IMG/VR virus record: IMGVR_UViG_3300030613_000008
Span: 1-64,000 of that record
From: a virus
Taxonomy: Duplodnaviria > Caudoviricetes
Direction: 5' to 3' (one strand)
DNA: 64,000 nucleotides
Shown here in pieces: positions 56,467-64,000 of this stretch; within the stretch, counting starts at the first letter, position 1; every line of letters starts with the position of its first letter. Under the pieces are notes generated by a model. It did not search any database. It was given only the letters and a program-made list of their open reading frames with translations, and was not told the DNA's origin. Position numbers and translations under genes: made by a program.

Positions 56467-57278
56467 CGACCTTGGACCACCTGTCGGCGTCGTCCTACGG
56501 GCAGTTCTTCAAGTGCCCGGCACAGTGGGATTACGTACACAACCAGGGCATCAAGATACCGCCGGGCATCGCGGCACACGTCGGTAGCGGGTTGCACGGC
56601 GCGGCAGAGTTGAACTTCCGGCAGAAGATTGTCACGGGGGTGGACCTCCCGGCGTCCGACCTTGCCGACGCGGCCGTCACCAAGTACCGCGAGCGAGTCG
56701 AGAAGGACGGCGTGCTCTGTACGCGCGAGGACAGGCCCGCCCTTGGCCGTCTGCTATCCGAGGGGGTAGACAGAGCGGTGGAGTTCTCGCGCGTGCTGGC
56801 GGCCACGGTGGCCCCGTTGTACCGGCCCGCCTCGGTAGAGCAGTTCGTCAAGTACCAGGGGTCGGAGCTGCCGGTCCCGTGGGTGGGGTATATCGACCTC
56901 ACGACGGCGGACAACAAACTGGTCGACTGGAAGACGGCGGGCAAGCGGTGGCCGAAGGGGCGGGAGCACAAGGAAAATCAGGCGACGATTTATCGCAAGT
57001 TGTTCGTCGCCGACCGTGGCATCGAACCGGCCGAGACGGTGTTCGAGGTGTTCTTCGATTCGAAGGACGGGGCGAAGCGAGACGACCGGACCACGGTGCG
57101 GGACGACGCGGATTGGGTGGCGTTGCAGCACGGCGCGGGAATCATGCTGCGGATGATAGACCACGGCGACTTCCCACCGTGCCCGCCGGGGTCGTGGAAT
57201 TGCTCGCCCACGTGGTGCGGGCTCTTTTGGATTTGTCGTCATGTGTCCGAGCGGGTTCGGAGATTGCCGAACGTGTGA
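56463..57278 (+). CDS. PD-(D/E)XK (RecB-family) nuclease
   Basis: HLSASS...CP, GSGLH, SVE, GYIDL, VDWKT, QATIY, C-terminal Cys cluster. Confidence 0.88.
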   Translation: MTTLDHLSASSYGQFFKCPAQWDYVHNQGIKIPPGIAAHVGSGLHGAAELNFRQKIVTGVDLPASDLADAAVTKYRERVEKDGVLCTREDRPALGRLLSEGVDRAVEFSRVLAATVAPLYRPASVEQFVKYQGSELPVPWVGYIDLTTADNKLVDWKTAGKRWPKGREHKENQATIYRKLFVADRGIEPAETVFEVFFDSKDGAKRDDRTTVRDDADWVALQHGAGIMLRMIDHGDFPPCPPGSWNCSPTWCGLFWICRHVSERVRRLPNV

Positions 57279-57283
57279 GTGCA

Positions 57284-57571
57284 ATGCGTGAATGCGATTG
57301 GTGCGGTCGGAGATTTGAGAACGGAGACGTTCATCGTTTCAAACGAACGGGTGATGCTGTTTGCTTCGTCTGCTTTCACGGTCCAGAGTACGAATTTAGA
57401 ATGCTGATATTACCTTGGCTGGAAACTGGACAATGGAATGAATCGACGAATCCAATACGAGACGACATTGTGAACAACATCAATATTACAACGGCAATTC
57501 CTAGCGTTGCGACAGTCGGAGAAATTACCGATGTTGCCCAGGATGATTTAGAAGGAAAACTCGGCTGGTAG
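57284..57571 (+). CDS. Small Zn-finger protein in an AT-richer patch
   Basis: CDWC...CFVC. Confidence 0.5.
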   Translation: MRECDWCGRRFENGDVHRFKRTGDAVCFVCFHGPEYEFRMLILPWLETGQWNESTNPIRDDIVNNINITTAIPSVATVGEITDVAQDDLEGKLGW

Positions 57572-57593
57572 GCCGCATCGAAAGGGGATCAAA

Positions 57594-58868
57594 ATGGCAG
57601 GCAATCAGGAATGGCAGGGAACCGTCAAGGTCGTGGACCCGCAAGCGCTCGCGCCGGTCGCGCCGATTCAGGCGCTCGCACAGTCGGCGGCAGTCGACGC
57701 GGCGCGTGTGTTGTCGGAGACGCAGGCCATGGTGCTCATGGCGAGGTCCAACCCGCGCAACGAATTCGCGGTGCTCAAGAAAATCAAGGCGATGTGCTCG
57801 CGGTTGCGGCTCGCCGATAAGGCGCTCTACTCGTTCCCGCGCAGCAACAAGACCGTTACAGGCCCGAGCATCGATCTCATGGAGGCCATCGCCACGGCAT
57901 ACGGCAACCTGGACCACGGGTGGCGGATGCTCGAAGAGGATGGCGAGTCCGTGCGCGTGGAAACCTACGCCTGGGACATGGAGACAAACTCGCGAACTCG
58001 TATCGAGTTCTGGATGCGCCGCGTCCGCGACACGAAGCAGGGGGAGAAGGAACTCCATGACGAGCGCGACAAGTACGAAATCGTAGCGAACTACGCCAGC
58101 CGTCGCAAGCGCGCGTGCCTGGAGAAAATCATCCCCGTCGACATCGTTGAGCAGGCTGTCGAGTGGTGCATGAAGACCATCGAGAAGGGCGATGACGAGA
58201 TGCCGCTGGTGGACCGCATCCGGGGCATGGTGTTGCAGTTCTCGGAACTCGGTGTCAGCCAGGTCATGTTGGAGAAGCGGCTCGGGCACACGGTGGACAC
58301 GACCATCGCGAAGGAACTGCCCGAGCTTCGCGCCATCGCCAACGGGTTGAAGGGCGGACGCGGCCGGGAGGAGTTCTTTGACCTCGCGCTGGCTGGGCAG
58401 GCTCCCGCGACGAAGGCCCCGGCACCGACCTCGAAGCCCGAACCCGCGCCGGCCGAACCGTCCAAGGCTGCGGACCCGCCGGCGCGGGGCTCGACTCAGA
58501 ACGGCGCGGAACCAGTATCTACGCGGACCAATGGCGGCGCGGAACCCGCCCCGGTCCACGTCGTGACGAAGCCCGAGAAGTCCGAGCCCGCCGCCGAAGC
58601 GACACCCCGGCTGTTCGCCACGTTGCTCGGCCGGTTGCACAACACCTACAAGATGACAGACGAGCAAATCCGCGCGGCGCTCGGTGGACCCATCGAAGGC
58701 GCTCCCGTCGAGGAGTTGGAGCGAGTCATCACCGAGGCCGAACTGCGAAACAAGCGGACGCGCAAGGGCAAGGCCCCGCCGCCGCTGAATCTCGTGCCAC
58801 AGGGCGAGCCCGAGACGGGCGGACCTCCCGATATGGAGATGCCGCCGGACGACAACGAAGAGTTCTAG
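57594..58868 (+). CDS. Putative single-strand annealing/recombination protein
   Basis: Close to the nuclease gene; ARSNPRNE...LYSFPR...GPSI...YGNL...AWDMETN core, disordered acidic tail. Confidence 0.6.
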   Translation: MAGNQEWQGTVKVVDPQALAPVAPIQALAQSAAVDAARVLSETQAMVLMARSNPRNEFAVLKKIKAMCSRLRLADKALYSFPRSNKTVTGPSIDLMEAIATAYGNLDHGWRMLEEDGESVRVETYAWDMETNSRTRIEFWMRRVRDTKQGEKELHDERDKYEIVANYASRRKRACLEKIIPVDIVEQAVEWCMKTIEKGDDEMPLVDRIRGMVLQFSELGVSQVMLEKRLGHTVDTTIAKELPELRAIANGLKGGRGREEFFDLALAGQAPATKAPAPTSKPEPAPAEPSKAADPPARGSTQNGAEPVSTRTNGGAEPAPVHVVTKPEKSEPAAEATPRLFATLLGRLHNTYKMTDEQIRAALGGPIEGAPVEELERVITEAELRNKRTRKGKAPPPLNLVPQGEPETGGPPDMEMPPDDNEEF

Positions 58869-58878
58869 GAGGTGCCTC

Positions 58879-59481
58879 GTGGCGTTCATCAAAAAAAGCG
58901 GCTACTCGCAACCGCAAGCCCCGGAGAACCCCGTGCCGCCGTCGCAACGCGCGCAACTGGCGCTCGGGTTCCGACACTACGATGATAGCGACAAGGCCCC
59001 GAGCGAGTTTGAGACGACGGAGCGGGAGCACGTCGTGAAGCAGCTTCGCGCCGAGGTCCGCGCCGAAGCTCCGGCCGGTTGCCGTTGCCCCATCTGCGAC
59101 CGTGTTGTGAAGTCGTACCACCGGGCGATGAACGCGGATATGGCGCGGTTCCTCATCCTGTTGTGTCGCGAATACCTCGCCAAGCCGCCCGGCACGTTCG
59201 TGGACATCCGCACGATTTCGGTCCGGGGTGGCGACTACGCGAAGCTCACCCATTGGGGGCTGGTAGAGCAGGCGCACAACGACGACCCCGCGAAACGCTC
59301 TAGCGGCCTCTGGCGTCCGACTCCGCGCGGGCTGGCATTCGCCCAAGGGACGGCGACGGAGCCGAGCCACGTGGTGCTTCTCGACAACCAGGTGCAGGGG
59401 TTTGACGAAGACCGCGTGACCATCTGGCAAGCGCTCGGGACGCACTTCAACTTCGAGGTGCTTTGGAGGGGGGAGAAATGA
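58879..59481 (+). CDS. Hypothetical protein (Zn ribbon + wHTH-like)
   Basis: CPIC; KLTHWGLVE...GLWRPTPRG. Confidence 0.6.
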   Translation: MAFIKKSGYSQPQAPENPVPPSQRAQLALGFRHYDDSDKAPSEFETTEREHVVKQLRAEVRAEAPAGCRCPICDRVVKSYHRAMNADMARFLILLCREYLAKPPGTFVDIRTISVRGGDYAKLTHWGLVEQAHNDDPAKRSSGLWRPTPRGLAFAQGTATEPSHVVLLDNQVQGFDEDRVTIWQALGTHFNFEVLWRGEK

Positions 59482-59921
59482 AAGACGACACAACGAACTG
59501 GTACGAGGTCCGCTGTCACGACGGGATTCAGTGGCGAACGTGCGACCTCTCCGAGTGCCACCCCGGAGACCTCGTGAGGGTCAACTCAAGCGATGGTCCC
59601 GGCGAGCCGTTTATCTACGCGGAGCCCGAGCCGCTTGAGCACAACGTGGGGGCGGTGCCGACCGTTGACGAGCCACCTGCCAAACGGAGTTTTGACCCAA
59701 GGGAGGACATCGTTGCGCGCATCCAATCGTTCTCGCCGAGTCGTCACGGCCCGGCATCCTGCCCGTGGTGCGGCGAGTTGTTCGGGCCTCAGTGGGAGAT
59801 TGAGGACGTGATAGTCAAGTCGATGGATTGGGACGGAGACGAAGAGGAGCGGAATGGTAGCCCGCACGCCATCACGTGCCCGCGCTGTGGTTGGCTCGGG
59901 ACGTTCGTGCGTTTGCCTTGA
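59478..59921 (+). CDS. Hypothetical Zn-ribbon protein
   Basis: CPWC...CPRC; ATGA overlap. Confidence 0.55.
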   Translation: MKDDTTNWYEVRCHDGIQWRTCDLSECHPGDLVRVNSSDGPGEPFIYAEPEPLEHNVGAVPTVDEPPAKRSFDPREDIVARIQSFSPSRHGPASCPWCGELFGPQWEIEDVIVKSMDWDGDEEERNGSPHAITCPRCGWLGTFVRLP

Positions 59922-59946
59922 CTTCGGAGACGGCGCGTTGTAGAAA
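59918..59946 (+). promoter_or_regulatory. Putative promoter for the replication operon
   Basis: TTGACT-N17-TAGAAA. Confidence 0.5.
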
Positions 59947-59950
59947 AGAA

Positions 59951-60056
59951 GTGCAATGCAGAACAATACTGGTCAGATTCTCCGATCGAAGCATCTGCGG
60001 GTAGACCCTCCCAAGGTTCTGCATTGCACCGCAGGTGCTTCGTTCAGAGAAGCTGA
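59951..60056 (+). ncRNA. Structured leader with interleaved inverted repeats
   Basis: 59951-59964 pairs with 60016-60029 (14/14); 59973-60000 pairs with 60029-60056. Confidence 0.6.
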
Positions 60057-60076
60057 CACGTTTGGAGGGTTCGACG

Positions 60077-60244
60077 ATGGCCGAGTCACACGCTGAAATC
60101 CAGGCACAACTCGAAGCCGCGAACCTGCGCTTGATAGAGAAGCGGCGGGCGCTCGGGATACGAGACGACCGGCCGGTTCACGTCGGCGACGTCGTTGGCG
60201 ACGTGCTCGCGGACCTGCGGCGGGAATCGGAGGAGGGGAGATGA
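60077..60244 (+). CDS. Small hypothetical protein
   Basis: SD GGAGG; ATGA overlap with the initiator gene. Confidence 0.6.
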   Translation: MAESHAEIQAQLEAANLRLIEKRRALGIRDDRPVHVGDVVGDVLADLRRESEEGR

Positions 60245-61335
60245 CCTCTCAACGCGAACCGTTCACCTGTCTCTACCGGGGCATCTGGAACGATGACAAG
60301 TTTTGGCTGCGCTCGGAACTCGGGCAGCGGGTTTACCTCTACGTCCTGTCCACTCCTCTCGGTAACGGGCTTGGCTGTTTCAAGGCCGGGATGGCGGCGA
60401 TGGCCGAGGACCTTCGAATGTTGCCGTCAAGGTTCGCCGAAGGTTTCGGGGAAGGTTTCGATGAACGTTACGGGGAACCTTTGTTCGACTATGACGAAGG
60501 GGCTCGGGTGGTTTTCATCCCGAAGTATTTAGAACGCAACCCCCCGAGCAACCCGAACGGAATCCGGGCACTCGCCAAGGCGTTCGTTTCCATACCGGAC
60601 TGCAAACTGAAACTCGATTGCTATCAAACGGTTAAGGCGTTTGTTGAGAGGAAAAACCCAACAACAGAGGGAGGGGGAAAAACGTTCGCGCAAGCATTCG
60701 CCGAATCATTCGCTAAACCTTCGCCGAACCATACCGCCAACGTTGACCGAACCATGCCGTTATGGTTCGAGGACTCACCAGGAATAAATACCGTTCCCGT
60801 TCCCCCTTCCGTTCCCTTGGCCGTTCCCGATACCTATACCGGGAGTGCGTGCCGCACTCCTCACGCGCCCGCGCGCCTTGAAATTGAAGATCCAAGAGGA
60901 AACGAAAACGAGTGGGACTGGAAAGCGTTACCACCCGAACTGATAGAACAGCTTTCAATTTTGAACGGCGGGAAGAAAGACAGACACGTCGCGGCGGTTC
61001 GACTCCTCTGGTACTGGCCCGACCTTGGAGCGCAGGAAGCACAGGAACTCGCCGTCCAAACGTGCGGGCTGTACATCGACAAGGGGTTGGACATTCGAGA
61101 AGCGCTCGCGACAGCGGCCACGGACCGGCGGCGCAAGGACGGGCTACAGGGATTTGGTCGCTTCCTGTCTCGCTGGCTCGGCATCGAGTTGGACCGACAG
61201 CACAAGGCAAACCGAGCGGCAGGCGGACCCGGCATCGTCGAACCTCCGAAGAAACAAGCGGCGTGGGAAATCGAAGCGACCCGGATTCAAAAACTGTGGG
61301 ATGAAAAACATGGCAAAGAACCCGCAGCCGGTTGA
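60241..61335 (+). CDS. Replication initiator / replisome organiser
   Basis: IWNDDKF...VYLYVLS...MAEDL wHTH; directly upstream of DnaB; internal DNA repeats. Confidence 0.75.
   Translation: MTSQREPFTCLYRGIWNDDKFWLRSELGQRVYLYVLSTPLGNGLGCFKAGMAAMAEDLRMLPSRFAEGFGEGFDERYGEPLFDYDEGARVVFIPKYLERNPPSNPNGIRALAKAFVSIPDCKLKLDCYQTVKAFVERKNPTTEGGGKTFAQAFAESFAKPSPNHTANVDRTMPLWFEDSPGINTVPVPPSVPLAVPDTYTGSACRTPHAPARLEIEDPRGNENEWDWKALPPELIEQLSILNGGKKDRHVAAVRLLWYWPDLGAQEAQELAVQTCGLYIDKGLDIREALATAATDRRRKDGLQGFGRFLSRWLGIELDRQHKANRAAGGPGIVEPPKKQAAWEIEATRIQKLWDEKHGKEPAAG
60433..60730 (+). repeat. Two clusters of 12-bp iteron-like repeats (consensus ~TTCGSCGAANNN)
   Basis: Four units at 60433-60480 and four at 60685-60730. 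Confidence 0.65.
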
Positions 61336-62716
61336 TGGCGGGCGCGTCCCGCCGCACAACCTGGAAGCCGAAGCGGCCGTGCTCGGGGCGGTGCTTCTCA
61401 ACAACGCGGCCTTCCACGTGGCGGCCCCGCGTATCACGTCGGCAGACTTCTACGCCTGGAAGCACCGCTACATCTGGGATGCCATGCTCCGGCTGTCCAA
61501 GTTGGGCGAACCGATTGACGCCGTGACGGTCGGCAACGACCTGATACAAGCGGGGAACCTGGAGAAGTGCGGCGGTACCCTGGCTCTCGACGGACTGATA
61601 GAAGAGGTGGCGACCGTCGCAAACGTCGCGCACTACGCAACTATCATCGCGCGCAAGGCGGCACTCCGGCGAGTCATCTACGCGGCGCAGACCATCGTGG
61701 CGGAAGCGTTCGCGAACGGTGGTGAGGACGAAACCGTTGAGGAGTTTTTAGCGCAGTCGCGCGCTGACTTCACGGCCGCGTCCCTGTCCCTGGCTTCCAC
61801 GGGCAGCGTATGCCAGTCGGCGAGTCAAGGAATGCACGACCTATTCAACGCCTTGGAGGCGGGTAAGCCCATCGTCGAGACGTTGCCAATAGGGTTCGGC
61901 GGGGTGCGGATTCCGAGGGGCACGCCAACGGTCATCGGCGGTAGACCCTCAAACGGAAAGAGTGTTTGCGCCATGACGGCAGCTCGGAACCTAGCGACGC
62001 AAGGGCGGAGCGGCATTTACTTCTCGCTTGAGGAGACATCGCGGGTTCAGTGGGCGCGGCTTGCGTGCCAGATGTCGGGCATCGCGGCCAAACGAATCAT
62101 CGAATGCGACGTGCGAGGCAACGAATTCAAGGTGCTCTCGGACGCGGCGAGCGAGGCGGCCCGGTTCAACCTCTACCTGTGTGACCGAACGGGCGTCGAC
62201 TCCATGTTCGTCCGGCAAGAAGCGGCGGCGCACAAGGAAAGGCACGGCCTGGATTTTGTGGTCGTCGATTACATCCAACTCATCCGCGAGAAGGAGCGAT
62301 CGGGGCAGGCGCGACACGAGCGGTTCGCAGAAGCCATGCAAGGGCTTGTGGACCTCGCGCGAGAACTGGACATCGCGGTTATCGTCGTTTCGCAGATTCG
62401 GCGGAGTGAATTCAACCCCAGCAAAGAACCGCCACCGCCGAGCATCGAACAACTGAAAGAGTCGGGCGAAATCGAGCAAGCGGCGAAACTCATTCTGCTT
62501 TTGCACTACCCCTACTTCTACACAAAGAGCATCGAGGGGGCGGAGCAGAAGCCGAACGCCTTGCGGATGGACATCGCGAAGGACAGCATCGGAGAAGGCG
62601 GGGTGCGGATGCTTCACGCCGTCATGCCTCGCCTGTGGGTGGGAGACGTGGAGACCGTATTCGAGCCGGGGCAACCGGGCGAGACGTATCGAGAGAATAG
62701 GCCGGGGGAGTATTGA
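61310..62716 (+). CDS. dnaB: Replicative DNA helicase, DnaB family
   Basis: PPHNLEAEAAVLG, GGRPSNGKS, FSLEE, VVVDYIQL, VSQIRR, LKESGEIEQ. Confidence 0.92.
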   Translation: MAKNPQPVDGGRVPPHNLEAEAAVLGAVLLNNAAFHVAAPRITSADFYAWKHRYIWDAMLRLSKLGEPIDAVTVGNDLIQAGNLEKCGGTLALDGLIEEVATVANVAHYATIIARKAALRRVIYAAQTIVAEAFANGGEDETVEEFLAQSRADFTAASLSLASTGSVCQSASQGMHDLFNALEAGKPIVETLPIGFGGVRIPRGTPTVIGGRPSNGKSVCAMTAARNLATQGRSGIYFSLEETSRVQWARLACQMSGIAAKRIIECDVRGNEFKVLSDAASEAARFNLYLCDRTGVDSMFVRQEAAAHKERHGLDFVVVDYIQLIREKERSGQARHERFAEAMQGLVDLARELDIAVIVVSQIRRSEFNPSKEPPPPSIEQLKESGEIEQAAKLILLLHYPYFYTKSIEGAEQKPNALRMDIAKDSIGEGGVRMLHAVMPRLWVGDVETVFEPGQPGETYRENRPGEY

Positions 62717-62726
62717 GGTCGCGGGA

Positions 62727-62756
62727 CTGACATACCCGAGGCTCCCGTGGTAGAAT
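62727..62756 (+). promoter_or_regulatory. Putative promoter for the lysin genes
   Basis: CTGACA-N18-TAGAAT with TGn extension. Confidence 0.55.
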
Positions 62757-62775
62757 CTGGCGAAAGGTGCAACGG

Positions 62776-63567
62776 ATGACGAACACTTGTATCATGGTCG
62801 GCGGTTCCCCGGTGGACATCGGCATCCCTGTTATTCGGTGGACCGACCCCGGCGGGTTCGACGGCTACACGACCAAGGCCGTGACCGTAGAGGACCGCAA
62901 GACGGGGAAGGACCGGACCATCAAGGGACCGCGCTACAGCGCCCGCAAGGCGGGGCTGGCCTCGGTGTCGCAGTTGTTCGTGCATCACTCGGGGGGGGAC
63001 GGGAAGAACCCCTCCGGCATGTACCAGACGCTTTGGATGGACCGTGGGCTATCGGTCCAGTTCGCCATCGAGGACGACGGCCGGGTGTACCAGTTTCTTG
63101 ACGCGGTGGAATGCGCTTGGCACGCGGGGGCTCATAACGGGATTTCGGTGGGCGCGGAGTTGTGCCTGTTCCCGGACGCGGCGGCTGACCCGGACTACTA
63201 CAGCCCGGCGAATTGCAAGCGGCGGAACAACCTACCACATGCCACCCGGTACGAGACGTTACAGGGCTCGCCACGCAAGGTGTACGTCATGCCGGACGTC
63301 CAGGTTGACGCCTGCGCTCGGGTCATGGCGGGCGTGTGGGCAGCCGTGACGAAGGCGCGGGGCGAGACGACCACGGCCCCGATGTTCCCGCGCGTCGGCG
63401 GGGTGATTCCGCGAGAGGTCATCACGAACTCGAAAGAGCACGTCGGGATGATAGGGCATCTGCACGCGACAACGAAGAAGTTCGATCCTGCCGGATGCGA
63501 CATGGAAGGAATGGAGCGCCTTTGCGGCTTGTACGCAGCGGCGTTTCGCACAGCGCTAGGAGGTTAG
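62776..63567 (+). CDS. N-acetylmuramoyl-L-alanine amidase (Amidase_2 endolysin)
   Basis: FVHHSG, LSVQFAI..DG.VYQ, AWHAG..N..SVGAE, IGH...KFDP. Confidence 0.88.
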   Translation: MTNTCIMVGGSPVDIGIPVIRWTDPGGFDGYTTKAVTVEDRKTGKDRTIKGPRYSARKAGLASVSQLFVHHSGGDGKNPSGMYQTLWMDRGLSVQFAIEDDGRVYQFLDAVECAWHAGAHNGISVGAELCLFPDAAADPDYYSPANCKRRNNLPHATRYETLQGSPRKVYVMPDVQVDACARVMAGVWAAVTKARGETTTAPMFPRVGGVIPREVITNSKEHVGMIGHLHATTKKFDPAGCDMEGMERLCGLYAAAFRTALGG

Positions 63568-63569
63568 TT

Positions 63570-64000
63570 TTGCTTGACGAATACTTGAAGCAAAAGAAAC
63601 AGGCGGAGCACGAACGGCGCGTCAAGCGCGAGAAGCGCGAGATGCTGATAATGGGGGTGGTGTTGGTTGTGGCGGCCATCGTCGCGGCGTGTCTGTTCTA
63701 CGCCTCGCGAGCGGACGCGTCGGCTGAAACAGAGTTGACCCACAAGGGGAAGGCTTGGGTAGTGAAAGCAGGGCGCGCATTCGCGGCAATTACGCGGCGC
63801 GAATCTCCGAAACAGTGGTACGACTGCGGCGAGTTGACGCCGACCGATCAGTGGAATGCTCGCGGGGAGCGCATCGCAGAAGCCGCCTTGCTTGCGATGA
63901 AGCGGAACAGCCTGCACGTTGACCCCATGGGCCTTCTCGCGGTCGCCTGGAATGAGAGTCGCGGAAACGCTTGCTCCATCGGCCCTCGCACCCGAGCGCG
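63570..64000 (+). CDS. Membrane-anchored lytic transglycosylase (SLT-like), runs off the window
   Basis: GGAGG then TTG at 63570; TM MLIMGVVLVVAAIVAACLFY; VDPMGLLAVAWNESRG catalytic ES motif. Not in the ORF track. Confidence 0.7.
   Translation, partial: MLDEYLKQKKQAEHERRVKREKREMLIMGVVLVVAAIVAACLFYASRADASAETELTHKGKAWVVKAGRAFAAITRRESPKQWYDCGELTPTDQWNARGERIAEAALLAMKRNSLHVDPMGLLAVAWNESRGNACSIGPRTRA

Noticed and set aside
56463-57278. Cas4 / CRISPR adaptation gene
   Set aside because: No array or other cas genes are present, and the context is phage recombination.
1-64000. tRNA genes, integrase/att sites, Rho-independent terminators, alternative genetic code
   Set aside because: None was recognisable by eye. 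Genes tile normally with standard stops. tRNAscan-SE/ARAGORN would be needed to exclude tRNAs formally.

Overview
This window is a ~64 kb, GC-rich, almost entirely plus-strand segment of a tailed phage or prophage with a contractile tail. The host is probably Myxococcota/Deltaproteobacteria-like, inferred from the DTDTD lipoprotein and the style of the structural genes. Gene order: small accessory genes, including an IsrB-omegaRNA (OMEGA) cassette inserted at a gene junction and a DUF1566-type lipoprotein (1-6.3 kb); TerL, portal, gpF-like protein, XkdF-like protease, scaffold-like proteins and major capsid protein (6.3-15.8 kb); decoration and neck genes with a large inserted block (15.9-27.5 kb); sheath, tube, chaperone, tape measure and baseplate (27.6-46.6 kb); fibres (46.6-56 kb); HTH, PD-(D/E)XK nuclease, putative annealing protein, replication initiator and DnaB (56.2-62.7 kb); amidase and a truncated transglycosylase at the right edge. 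I saw no integrase, CRISPR array, tRNA or reverse transcriptase. Most notable observations: (1) a transposase-less IsrB/omegaRNA element whose empty site, guide and ATGG TAM can be reconstructed, and which borrows the stop codon of the gene it interrupts; (2) a family of extended -10 promoters, mostly with 19-bp spacers and mostly inside genes, upstream of structural modules; (3) a mobile 'QVTGGTAN' domain inserted, sometimes nested, in five virion proteins; (4) several pseudoknot or switch-like intergenic RNAs; (5) a shared C-terminal YKxRYTG tag on two scaffold-like proteins. All calls were made by eye from motifs and synteny; no database searches were run.
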